Below are positions 48,116 through 56,578 of a stretch of 64,000 nt of DNA, one piece after another (within the stretch, counting starts at the first letter, position 1; every line of letters begins with the position of its first letter). This stretch comes from a virus (Duplodnaviria > Caudoviricetes), in the IMG/VR virus record IMGVR_UViG_3300044616_000676, positions 33-64,032 of that record, one strand, 5' to 3'. A program made the position numbers and the translations under genes. A model generated the notes under the pieces. That model saw only the letters and a list, made by a program, of their open reading frames with translations. It did not search any database and was not told the DNA's origin.

Positions 48116-48817
48116 ATGTCTGAAGCTGACAATAATCTATTACCAATCGTCAAAAAACACAAGCGGGGAGATGTCCGTAAAGATGGAAAAGTTTTTTGGA
48201 ATTTACAATCCAATCAAACTGAATACTGGGTATCCAAAGAGCTTTTTCTTCATTTAAAGAAATGTGCTCACGAAAAATATAGAGCTTCTTTTAAAAGCAA
48301 AGCTACTGGGAAACCTCGCGGCAAAAAACCAGATTCTCTTGAAGTTCGAGAAGCCAAGAAACGTGAAAAATATATCAAATACCGAGCAAATCCTGAACAA
48401 GTAGAAAAGCAACGATTAGCTCGCATTGCATGGCAAAAACGAAACAAAGATCGTTTAAACGCCAAACATAAAGAAAAACGCGACAATGATCCCATTTTTG
48501 CCACTGCTCATCGAATTCGCAGATTAACAAATTTTGCCTTTGAGCGAAAAGGTTACAAGAAAAATGGAACAACTGAACAAGTTCTTGGTTGCACTTGGGA
48601 AGAGTTAAAAGTTCATATTGAGTCTAAATTTTTGCCGGGAATGAATTGGGAGAATCGAAATCAATGGCACATTGATCACATTATTCCTTTAGCATCCGCC
48701 AAAACACCAAAAGAGATTGAAGATTTATGCAAATGGCACAACCTCCAACCTCTTTGGCGCGAAGATAACCTCAAGAAAGGCGCAAAGTTAATTACCGCCC
48801 ATATTGACCTCGGATAG
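48116..48817 (+). CDS. free-standing HNH homing endonuclease
   Basis: KRGDVRKDGKVFW, LGCT.EEL..H.E..F..GMNWEN..WHIDHIIPL, NLQPLW.EDNLKKG; antisense insertion between scaffold and capsid genes. Confidence 0.85.
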   Translation: MSEADNNLLPIVKKHKRGDVRKDGKVFWNLQSNQTEYWVSKELFLHLKKCAHEKYRASFKSKATGKPRGKKPDSLEVREAKKREKYIKYRANPEQVEKQRLARIAWQKRNKDRLNAKHKEKRDNDPIFATAHRIRRLTNFAFERKGYKKNGTTEQVLGCTWEELKVHIESKFLPGMNWENRNQWHIDHIIPLASAKTPKEIEDLCKWHNLQPLWREDNLKKGAKLITAHIDLG

Positions 48818-50006
48818 CTTGGAACAACGCATCGTCATCTTCATCTGCGGCTGGCTTTTTAGCCTCAGGTTGGCGACCATTTGAGCTAGGCGTGGCAGCA
48901 GATAGGGCTTTATTGGCTTTGCGGAGGTCTGAAAGCTCTTTCCTCATGCCATTAAGCTGCTCAATCAGCACAGCGGCCAAATGGGGTGCTTGAGCCTGCA
49001 AAGCGCGATCTTCTGGCGTATCTGCGATCTTGGCTTCTTTGAGTGCGCTAAGAAGTTCGGCACGTTGCTCTTGGGGAAGCTGTTTGAGAAGCGGTCCCAT
49101 TTGCGTCTCAATCATCTTGGTGGACGATTCAACGGCAGTTTGCCAAGCCTTTTGTTCCTCAAGTGTCTGCCTGGTAACAGTTTGCTTCTTTTCGTGTTCG
49201 TAAGCAGCACGGTTTTTGGCAGCATTTCCCTCCAAATCGGCTTCTTTCTTCCAGATTTTGTGAAGCTCATTAGCCTTGTCCAAAATGGTCTTGGCAATGG
49301 CAGTTGGAACTTCGTCGTCAGCATCCTTCAACACCTTCTCAATGGCAAGGTTGCGCTTCCACTCAGAGATTTCAGTGAAGGCTTTGGCTAGGCCATCCTT
49401 GTCAATATGAAACTCCGACACCATTTCGCTGATGTCCGTGTCAATTTCGCTGATGGGTTGGGCAATTTCTTTTTGATATGTTTCCGAAAGTTTGAAGTCG
49501 GTCATGTCTCGGAATTGGCGCAACTCTTCAAGTTCCTTAGTCACCTCGTCGTCGAAAACGGGTTTCTTTTTGAACTCTTCATACTCAGCTTTGAGCTTTT
49601 CAAACTCAGGCTTCAGCTTCTCGTATTCCTCCTTGACTTGCTTCAAGCCTTTCCAAGTGGCTTTTTCCTTCTCGGTGGCGACTCGATTCTTGTAAGTCGG
49701 AATGTCGTCCTCGCCTTCTTCTTGGGTTTCAGATGCTTCTTCTTCAGCAGCTTCCTCTTCTACCTTCAGCTTTTCCTTGAGGGACTTAGGCTTGTTTTCC
49801 GCAGGGTTTTCCGTTTTGTTCTCTTGTTGTTTTTGAGGCTTTTCAGCGGTCTTTTCCTGTTTCATCACAGGATCGGTCTGCTGTTCGGTTTTGGCTTCAG
49901 GCGCTTGACGAATAGCGTCCCGAAGTGAGCTAAAGTCGTCCTCCATTTGAATCTGGGGAGCGGCTTCTGTTTGTGGTGCGGTAGGTGCGGCTTGTGCGGG
50001 GTCCAT
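48792..50006 (-). CDS. capsid scaffolding protein
   Basis: Acidic disordered N-terminus plus coiled-coil; between portal and capsid. Confidence 0.7.
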   Translation of the reverse strand: MDPAQAAPTAPQTEAAPQIQMEDDFSSLRDAIRQAPEAKTEQQTDPVMKQEKTAEKPQKQQENKTENPAENKPKSLKEKLKVEEEAAEEEASETQEEGEDDIPTYKNRVATEKEKATWKGLKQVKEEYEKLKPEFEKLKAEYEEFKKKPVFDDEVTKELEELRQFRDMTDFKLSETYQKEIAQPISEIDTDISEMVSEFHIDKDGLAKAFTEISEWKRNLAIEKVLKDADDEVPTAIAKTILDKANELHKIWKKEADLEGNAAKNRAAYEHEKKQTVTRQTLEEQKAWQTAVESSTKMIETQMGPLLKQLPQEQRAELLSALKEAKIADTPEDRALQAQAPHLAAVLIEQLNGMRKELSDLRKANKALSAATPSSNGRQPEAKKPAADEDDDALFQAIRGQYGR

Positions 50007-50012
50007 ATTGGG

Positions 50013-50366
50013 TTATTTCAAGTGTTTGCGGAGCTTTTCAGGAAGGTTCTCCAGCCGAAGATCAGGCGGCAACGTGTGTTCAAATGGTGTTTCCGTCTTT
50101 TCGTCTTCTGGAGCTTCATTCAGCGGGAACGTCATGCTAATCAAAGCAGACAGAACCTCGTTGATGCCCACCTTGCGATGGTAGTCATGGGCAATAATGG
50201 TATCGGGATGCACGCCAGCATAGATTTCCGGCATGGATTTTGGCACGCCAGCATCACGAATGGCGTCAAGCGCACTTCTTAACACCGGATGCTGAAGGAG
50301 TTCGTTAAGTTGCGCTCGGTTACTATCAATTTTCCGAAACGCGATGGTTTGTCGATTTTGGATCAT
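50013..50366 (-). CDS. hypothetical protein between portal and scaffold
   Basis: ATGA-coupled to the portal gene. Confidence 0.65.
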   Translation of the reverse strand: MIQNRQTIAFRKIDSNRAQLNELLQHPVLRSALDAIRDAGVPKSMPEIYAGVHPDTIIAHDYHRKVGINEVLSALISMTFPLNEAPEDEKTETPFEHTLPPDLRLENLPEKLRKHLK

Positions 50367-52645
50367 GCAATTTTGTTATTGGCCTGTTTTTGGGCCATCA
50401 TTCTCATTTTGAGAGCATTTTGGGCTGTTTGTTGAGCAAACTTAGCGTCATTCTGAGCAAGTTCCTGAGCACTCTTTTTGGCCGCAAAGTCAAGTTCAAG
50501 GGCTTTCTTTTGAGCGTCCAGCATGGCAATCCGAGCGGCTGCATCAACCGCTTGGCGGTCAGTGGATAGCATGGGGGATTCACCCTCTTGACTTTCCACA
50601 CCCGCTTGTTCTGCGGCTTTACGCTGCTGCGCTTCGAGATGCTTCGCACCGTTGATAACCACTTCGCCAAGCTGTTGCAGTTCTTCTTTGTAAATCTTGA
50701 ACAGCGGATTGCGCTGCGAGATAAACTGCATGTGTTCTCCGGCGTGCTGCCAGATCATCTGCATTTGAGGGATGGCCTGCTCCATTTCGATTTGAAGCTG
50801 ACTCAAAGCGGTATTCACTTCGTCTAGCTTCTGGAGATGCGCTCCAACGTGGATGACGTGGTTCTGGTTTGGCTCGATGACGGCTGGCTGACCAAGGCCC
50901 ATCAGGGCATTCTCCATGTTGGCAATCTGGAGGTCCATTGGAGGACGCTGCCCCGGTTGCTTTGGAACCAGCATGTTTGCGTAGGCCACATCCGTGTGAG
51001 AAGCAAGATAGGTGCGAAGGGCAATCTGTTGACCATCTACATCCAAGCGGTCCATGACGTTCATCACCGCTCCTGCGGCTGTCCGGCGTTCAAGCACAGA
51101 ACCTTTGCCAAGTCCTTGATTGATTTCGATGCCATCCACATCCACGGCGTAAATGGCCTCAATTGGCACTCCACGCTTGATACAGCGTTTGCGGAACTCC
51201 AAAACCTCTTTCCAGCCACCATGACCAGCGGGGTAATCTCGATTGCACGCACGGCGCACAATTTCTTTGAAGTCGTTCTTCCAGCTATCGAAGAAAAGGT
51301 CAATGCCACCTGTGGCAAGACGGCCTTGAACAGCGTTTGCGCTTTGGATTTCTTCGGCAGTCTTGGGGGTTTTGCCGTCCTGACTCATGCCAACACGGAA
51401 CGAACTTGTCCGCATGTTGAAGATGTTAGTCAGAGAACCGATCGCAGGAATCAAACTGTCCTTAAAAGGAACGTGTGGAACTTCGGGGAAGGAAGTGCCT
51501 TGCAGAACCACATTGTATGGACCGCGAGGCTGAATCATCTGGTCAATGACTGCATCTTCGGAAGAAGCCTGAATTGCGGGTGTCGCCGCAAAAATGGCTT
51601 GGTCCATGAACTTGCAGGTCATCAAGTTCAGCATCACCGAACCGTTGTGGCCGTTCCAACCATTGCCACGGAGCGCATAGAAATCACCGTTGCTGCCCAC
51701 GCCATAGGTGTAGGCAGTGATTAGCTGGCTCATGTGGTTATACACACCTTCGCACTTGTAGAGCCAATCACCTTGGCCGTCATAACGACCAATGACATGC
51801 GTGATGGTGCCATCTACTTCGGCAATCCATCCGTGGATGAGTTGAACCGTGGTGGCAGAAAGACCGCTAAAGTAGTCTTGATCCTTGTAGGTTTGTTGAG
51901 TTTCCTGCGGATTAGAAGTATCAGGCGAACGCTGTTGAGCGGTCTTAATTGCTTTCAGAACCTCATCGGGATTCCAGCCAGCTTTGATTGCAGCATCACG
52001 ATTCTCAATTTTGCGATGCAATTCTGATGGCAGCATCTCAACTTTGCAAACCACCAAGTCAACATCGTTGATGGTAGCGCGAGTGCGGCGTGGCAGCTTC
52101 AAATACTGAAGATCATACACCTTCCAGCGCCAATCATACTTGTCCTCACGGAAAGTGAAAGACACGCCAAACATGGTAAATTGATGAACGCAAAGCTGGA
52201 CGTTAAAGTTGAAATCGCTCCAGTTCTTCACCATCCGACTGATTTCTTCGGAGATGATCTGACTCCAAGCAAGTTTTTGCTGCTCATCGCCAAACTCAGT
52301 TGGGACCGTTCCAAATTGGTCAATTGCATGGAAAAGCTGAATATAAGGCTCTTCAACTTCCCGCTGGCTTTGAGACAAGTAACCAAAGTTGACATTGGTT
52401 CGTCCTGCCATCCCATGAATCCGGTCACGGCCTTCGGAAAAAGGAGGGTTGCCGTCCACTTCGGATTGCACCAATGCCCTTGCTCGCATGGCTTGGAAGT
52501 CCGCAATGAACAGACCGTTCCAAACGCTTTGTAGTGCTGATGGGTCTTTTACCCGATTCCGCAAGATGATTTCGCCATCCTCGGCGTCCACAATGGGCGG
52601 CAAAGTCGAAGGATTGTTAGGGACGTTTGAAAGCTGCAAGGACAT
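50363..52645 (-). CDS. portal protein
   Basis: 760 aa with KTAEEI motif, NH..H...H and Q-rich helical tail; first gene of the head module. Confidence 0.78.
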   Translation of the reverse strand: MSLQLSNVPNNPSTLPPIVDAEDGEIILRNRVKDPSALQSVWNGLFIADFQAMRARALVQSEVDGNPPFSEGRDRIHGMAGRTNVNFGYLSQSQREVEEPYIQLFHAIDQFGTVPTEFGDEQQKLAWSQIISEEISRMVKNWSDFNFNVQLCVHQFTMFGVSFTFREDKYDWRWKVYDLQYLKLPRRTRATINDVDLVVCKVEMLPSELHRKIENRDAAIKAGWNPDEVLKAIKTAQQRSPDTSNPQETQQTYKDQDYFSGLSATTVQLIHGWIAEVDGTITHVIGRYDGQGDWLYKCEGVYNHMSQLITAYTYGVGSNGDFYALRGNGWNGHNGSVMLNLMTCKFMDQAIFAATPAIQASSEDAVIDQMIQPRGPYNVVLQGTSFPEVPHVPFKDSLIPAIGSLTNIFNMRTSSFRVGMSQDGKTPKTAEEIQSANAVQGRLATGGIDLFFDSWKNDFKEIVRRACNRDYPAGHGGWKEVLEFRKRCIKRGVPIEAIYAVDVDGIEINQGLGKGSVLERRTAAGAVMNVMDRLDVDGQQIALRTYLASHTDVAYANMLVPKQPGQRPPMDLQIANMENALMGLGQPAVIEPNQNHVIHVGAHLQKLDEVNTALSQLQIEMEQAIPQMQMIWQHAGEHMQFISQRNPLFKIYKEELQQLGEVVINGAKHLEAQQRKAAEQAGVESQEGESPMLSTDRQAVDAAARIAMLDAQKKALELDFAAKKSAQELAQNDAKFAQQTAQNALKMRMMAQKQANNKIA

Positions 52646-52729
52646 TTAACAAAGTATGCTCAAAGTGAGGCATAACAAGCCGATTGTTTGCTTGACTACT
52701 CCAATGCGTCAAGCACTCTTTTCACGAAA

Positions 52730-53011
52730 ATGACGGGAAAACCAGCAAGTAGGCAAAGAAAGTGGCAGCTCAAACAAAGTGAAGCTGGTCTTTGTTCTCT
52801 TTGCTCGAAACCTTTACTAAAATGGGGTTTGTGTGAGGATCATGTGGAATTGGCTACCATTCGCAGGCGGAAAGCCAAAAAAGTAAAGCGTCACTACTTA
52901 CCCAAAGGGGCATGGGCAAAAGTAGATTGGTCAATGCCACAAAAACAAATTGCCTCCAACATGGGGGTGTCGGAGGCAACTGTTCGGTATCACCGAAAGA
53001 AGGCTAAGTAA
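52730..53011 (+). CDS. small Zn-finger + HTH protein
   Basis: GLC..C...LC..H and DWS...IA..MGVS..TV...R. Confidence 0.65.
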   Translation: MTGKPASRQRKWQLKQSEAGLCSLCSKPLLKWGLCEDHVELATIRRRKAKKVKRHYLPKGAWAKVDWSMPQKQIASNMGVSEATVRYHRKKAK

Positions 53012-53014
53012 AAT

Positions 53015-53117
53015 TGGCGAGCGCGGCAGGATTCGAACCTGCATCCGATTGGCTTCGTAATCAGACAAGCGAAGGTGTTTTATCGCTCCCTGATGTTGCT
53101 TCTGCAACCACGCGCTC
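53015..53117 (-). ncRNA. tRNA-like RNA with non-canonical, elongated anticodon region (103 nt)
   Basis: Acceptor GAGCGCG/CGCGCTC + GCCA; T-arm GCAGG-TTCGAAT-CCTGC; D-like hairpin GTTGC/GCAAC. Confidence 0.7.
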
Positions 53118-53121
53118 AAAT

Positions 53122-53217
53122 TGATGCCTGCCGCCGCAAGAGTCCCCCGAAAATTTCCGAAGGCGTATGCCCCCTTGCGCTTGAAGGCCGTTCTCGTCTA
53201 GCATAGGAACGGCAGGC
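53122..53217 (-). ncRNA. structured small RNA between the two tRNA-like genes
   Basis: Closing stem GCCTGCCG/CGGCAGGC + ATCA 3' tail; internal CGCAAG/CTTGCG stem; same AATTT spacers. Confidence 0.5.
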
Positions 53218-53221
53218 AAAT

Positions 53222-53333
53222 TGGTGACTCAGGCTGGAATTGCACCAGCTATTGCAAGGCCCTTCAGTGGCTTCTTTATCTTGCTTTCGCCACTGGACGG
53301 AAGGCTGCGTGTCACTTTCCACGCCGCTGAGTC
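53222..53333 (-). ncRNA. tRNA-like RNA with a long hairpin replacing the anticodon arm (112 nt)
   Basis: Acceptor GACTCAG/CTGAGTC + ACCA; T-arm GCTGG-TGCAATT-CCAGC; D-arm GCGTG/CACGC; CAGTGGC/GCCACTG hairpin with a 17-nt purine-rich loop. Confidence 0.7.
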
Positions 53334-53346
53334 AAAATGTCAAAGA

Positions 53347-53580
53347 TCATTTCTTCTTCACGCTTTTGCTTCCGACACAACCCCATTTCTTACGAGACAG
53401 GGCGTTAGGCGAATTGCGGTCTGAACGCCAGTCGCCCTTGATGTTGTTGCTGCGAGCACAGTAAGCATCTGCACGCTTGCTGCCGATAGGTCCGATTTTG
53501 CTACCCTTCTGTCCGTATTTGACAGTCTTGGTTCGACCCGTCGAGGGATTCTTAACGGTCTTTGAGAATTTCTTTTCCAT
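53347..53580 (-). CDS. small basic phage protein (DUF6321-like)
   Basis: K.V.YGQKG...R...YCARS...SPN..SR..W.C. Confidence 0.65.
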   Translation of the reverse strand: MEKKFSKTVKNPSTGRTKTVKYGQKGSKIGPIGSKRADAYCARSNNIKGDWRSDRNSPNALSRKKWGCVGSKSVKKK

Positions 53581-53598
53581 ATCGTGTTAGTGTCAGAT

Positions 53599-54009
53599 TT
53601 AAGACAGCGAGAGACGCTGCTTGATTTGGTATTGCCTCTTCTCAGAATTATCACAAATTCCTTGAAGAAGATTCTGCGTGCCTTGTGTAGCTTTAGGTGT
53701 GGCTTTGTCAATTAAATCACACAAATCTTTTTCCCCTTTGAGGATGATGCGAAGAAAAACATCTGCTTTGGTTTCATCAGGAGAAACACTGGACATCTCG
53801 GCAGCAGTCTTATTGATCTTGCTGATGCTGATAGTCTCGGTGCCAAAACCGATGATGCGCTCGATGATGTCATCGTATGCGGCCTCATAGTCAGGGTAAA
53901 GTTTGCCAAAGAACTTGTGGTCTTCAAAGAAGGTTGGTCCTTTGATGACGTTGTGAGCGCGATGGGCAAGAAACTGGAGGGCGCGAAGGAGGGTGGCGAT
54001 AGAACTCAT
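53599..54009 (-). CDS. Dps/ferritin-like protein
   Basis: AH..H..IKGP.F...H..F...Y......D.I.ER ferroxidase pattern. Confidence 0.8.
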   Translation of the reverse strand: MSSIATLLRALQFLAHRAHNVIKGPTFFEDHKFFGKLYPDYEAAYDDIIERIIGFGTETISISKINKTAAEMSSVSPDETKADVFLRIILKGEKDLCDLIDKATPKATQGTQNLLQGICDNSEKRQYQIKQRLSLS

Positions 54010-54018
54010 GGCAAAAGA

Positions 54019-54198
54019 CTATTCTGATTTAGAATTTACGCAAAGCAAGTTTCTAGCTTGGGTGAATCCAGCCGAGTAGGACTTGGCTTTTTCAATGAGA
54101 ATCTGGCGGGTATGCTGGTAGTTCATCCAAAGAACAAACCAAACCCAGGGGATGCTGATGGTGATTGCGCCAATGGCGTAGTCTTTAAGTTCAATCAT
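54019..54198 (-). CDS. small single-TM protein (59 aa)
   Basis: MIELKDYAIGAITISIPWVWFVLW...; below the ORF-track cutoff. Confidence 0.4.
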   Translation of the reverse strand: MIELKDYAIGAITISIPWVWFVLWMNYQHTRQILIEKAKSYSAGFTQARNLLCVNSKSE

Positions 54199-54244
54199 AT
54201 TTGGGTAAAAATGACTTTAACGGTGCTTGATTCGAGACGTTTGA

Positions 54245-54526
54245 TTAGTGATCAAAACTTGAAGGCAGTTGAGCAGTTACCTTGCCAATCAGTTTCTTGG
54301 TCCAAGGACGCTTACCACTTTCCAACATATAGATGTAATTGACTTTTACACCGCAAATTTCAGCGAAGTCTCTGCGTGAAACTCCAAGGTGAAGCCGGAG
54401 TGCATACATAAACTTGCGAGCGCACTCTTCATGCTTTTTGGCCTGCTCCACGCATTGAAGATACGAGGCTTCATTTTCCTGCATGAGCTTGTAAAGCTCT
54501 GGTTCATTTTTTTCTAGTGATGTCAT
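54245..54526 (-). CDS. XRE-family HTH protein
   Basis: LR..LGVSRRDFA..CGV...YI..LESGKR; ATGA-coupled. Confidence 0.75.
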   Translation of the reverse strand: MTSLEKNEPELYKLMQENEASYLQCVEQAKKHEECARKFMYALRLHLGVSRRDFAEICGVKVNYIYMLESGKRPWTKKLIGKVTAQLPSSFDH

Positions 54527-55248
54527 GTGTAAATCATGCTGTAGTTTTTGCACAAAGATGTGCGGATGTCGGAGCAAATTTGATCTGGCGTTTTGCCTTT
54601 GTTGATCGCCCTTTGAACCTGACGCTGAAGGGTTAATACAATTTTTGTGTCAATCAAGACTTTACGGCACTCCGAACGATTTGTTTCCTCTCTGGCGATC
54701 TCAATTCGACGGCGAACAAAGTCCTGAAAATCTTCAACCATTTGCTCGGACCACCCATTGATGATTAGCTGGCTGTTAATCATGGCTTCAACCATGTCCA
54801 ATTTCTGCCTATGCTTCTTCAGCCAATCAGGAATCGCATGGTCTTGAACGTAGATTTCTGGCAATTTGGGAGCCAAGTGTCCAACCCCCATTTGCTTCCA
54901 AGCATCATAAAAGGGCTTCGGATTGGATTTGGTTGCCCCCCAATGGTCTTGGATTGCTATCCAGACTTTGTTTTGACCGGGGCTTTTGACAGAAAGCGTC
55001 TTGACCGTGGTGACGAGATACATCGGAAGAAGCAGTTTGGTCGCCTTCATGCGGATCACCCGATTCTCAAAAACGTCGAAATCGGAATAATGGTAGTTGA
55101 CCCCAGCTGCACATGAGATGGCATCTAAGTCAAAAATCACCACACCAGCAGGGTCCGCCATCTCCCAAAGGATGCGATACAACAACTTGTGAGAATGCCC
55201 AAGATGCGAGAGCGATTGGATTAAATTGTCTTCAATGAGCTTAGGCAT
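54523..55248 (-). CDS. diverged paralog of the replication initiator (N-terminal domain)
   Basis: HKLLYRILWEMADPAGVVIFDLDAIS resembles AKMLWFYVLDHCDNVGIVEIDLQLAS in 6079..6915. Confidence 0.6.
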   Translation of the reverse strand: MPKLIEDNLIQSLSHLGHSHKLLYRILWEMADPAGVVIFDLDAISCAAGVNYHYSDFDVFENRVIRMKATKLLLPMYLVTTVKTLSVKSPGQNKVWIAIQDHWGATKSNPKPFYDAWKQMGVGHLAPKLPEIYVQDHAIPDWLKKHRQKLDMVEAMINSQLIINGWSEQMVEDFQDFVRRRIEIAREETNRSECRKVLIDTKIVLTLQRQVQRAINKGKTPDQICSDIRTSLCKNYSMIYT

Positions 55249-55301
55249 TAAACAAGAATAACACAAAATTAGTGTGCCATCAACAGGCTGTAACAAAAAG
55301 A

Positions 55302-55372
55302 GTGACTAGGGTATGCTATAGGGCTATATATCAGATGATCTTTCTATATACCCTATGTCATAGGGTAGTCAC
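55302..55372. repeat. cluster of iteron-like TAGGGTA motifs inside an inverted repeat
   Basis: GTGACTA...TAGTCAC ends; TAGGGTAT, ATAGGGCTAT, TACCCTATG-T-CATAGGGTA. Confidence 0.6.
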
Positions 55373-55429
55373 ATAAATTGTTACTACTCACAATCAATGA
55401 AAACCTACTTTTTCCGTAAGTGGGAATTG

Positions 55430-56026
55430 TCACTGCGGTTCTCCAATTCGGCATTCAGCGGTGTAGAGGTATTCCAGCGACTCAAAGCGAGGCAGGTTCT
55501 CGCAAGGCTTCTCAAACGCCGTGTCCACGCTCAAAACTCGGTTGTTCGGCACAGCAGCAAACCACCCCTCATTAACTTGCAGTAGGTGTAATTGTTTGTG
55601 CTGCTGGAAATCATCGGCCAAAGCATTTCCCGTGAAGTCAATCGTGCAAAGGTAACGCGCAGGCAAACGATCTGGATATGGCTTAATCCCACACACATTC
55701 AACAGTTGAGCATTCCCACGCTTCCAGATGCCAAACTCATGGACGCAAAACTCCGACGAGAACGTGTCCCAAGGCTGGATCAGCTCGACATCCGGCATCT
55801 CACATGGCTTCCAACAAATCGCCTGTATCGGCAGGCAATACATCGCCCCAGCTATCTCAGGCTCATCAAAGCGCACCTGAAACTGGAGGCTCGCCGCTTC
55901 CTGACACCTTACCCCTAGAATGTGAGCCTTGAGGTATTTGCCGAAGCCGCTTTGGTGGTTTTGGGTGAACTCTTTGCGGACGAGGCAATGGACGATGGAG
56001 GGTAGGTCGGAGAGAATGTAGGGCAT
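55430..56026 (-). CDS. conserved hypothetical phage protein
   Basis: C.VRKE, GA....LPI.A, QPWD.FS, Y..TID, HK..H, G.FAA.PNNR. Confidence 0.75.
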   Translation of the reverse strand: MPYILSDLPSIVHCLVRKEFTQNHQSGFGKYLKAHILGVRCQEAASLQFQVRFDEPEIAGAMYCLPIQAICWKPCEMPDVELIQPWDTFSSEFCVHEFGIWKRGNAQLLNVCGIKPYPDRLPARYLCTIDFTGNALADDFQQHKQLHLLQVNEGWFAAVPNNRVLSVDTAFEKPCENLPRFESLEYLYTAECRIGEPQ

Positions 56027-56040
56027 GGTATTGGGCTTCG

Positions 56041-56298
56041 TTAGTCATTGTTGGTGATTCGCTCCAAGCACATCGTGATTTTATCAGGCGGCACAGGTCG
56101 CACACGGCAAACTTCCTCAAGAATGACATGCTCGCTTCCCCATGTTTCAGGGTCGCCATCACGCAGACATCCACAGCTTGTAAGCCAAGTGTGAGAAGCG
56201 TCTTCAATGATCCACCGCTCAGCAGCGGCAATGCTTTTGAATGGTCCTTCGTTCTTTTGGCCCTCAACGGCTATCCAGTATTTTTTGGTCTTTTTCAT
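56041..56298 (-). CDS. hypothetical protein
   Basis: EGPF.S...AE motif; ORF in the operon. Confidence 0.55.
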   Translation of the reverse strand: MKKTKKYWIAVEGQKNEGPFKSIAAAERWIIEDASHTWLTSCGCLRDGDPETWGSEHVILEEVCRVRPVPPDKITMCLERITNND

Positions 56299-56328
56299 AG
56301 TTTTGTTATATTTCAAATACAGCACTCA

Positions 56329-56574
56329 TCAGCCATGGGGTTGCAGAGATTCAGCCAAAGGTCGCAAATCCTCGATAGCAATCTTGATGGCTTCACCAAG
56401 ACTTACCGCGAGCTGATCCCACGTCTGGTTGCCCCCTCGGTTCTCAATAGCATCGCAAGCCAACGACTGAACCAAGATGAATAACCGACAGGCAGGATCA
56501 TCCGTTACTTCATCAAGCGCACCAAGCACCTGCGTAAGACCTTCAGAGAGTATGTTGGGAGGTGGTTCGTTCAT
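56329..56574 (-). CDS. hypothetical protein
   Basis: ORF in a tightly packed operon. Confidence 0.55.
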   Translation of the reverse strand: MNEPPPNILSEGLTQVLGALDEVTDDPACRLFILVQSLACDAIENRGGNQTWDQLAVSLGEAIKIAIEDLRPLAESLQPHG

Positions 56575-56578
56575 AAGA

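Noticed and set aside
50837-51724. 295-aa antisense ORF within the portal gene (and similar ones in the giant gene and GTs)
   Set aside because: Antisense shadows of well-supported genes, with no domain signatures.
53015-53117. Canonical tRNA-Arg(ACG) call from the TTACGAA heptamer
   Set aside because: The flanks do not form a 5-bp anticodon stem at the right distance from the D-arm; kept only as tRNA-like.
53015-53333. tmRNA
   Set aside because: Each unit closes its own acceptor stem within about 100 nt; no G3-U70 alanine identity and no tag ORF.
52931-53464. Short ORFs overlapping the RNA array
   Set aside because: No protein-like features; the region is better explained by structured RNAs.
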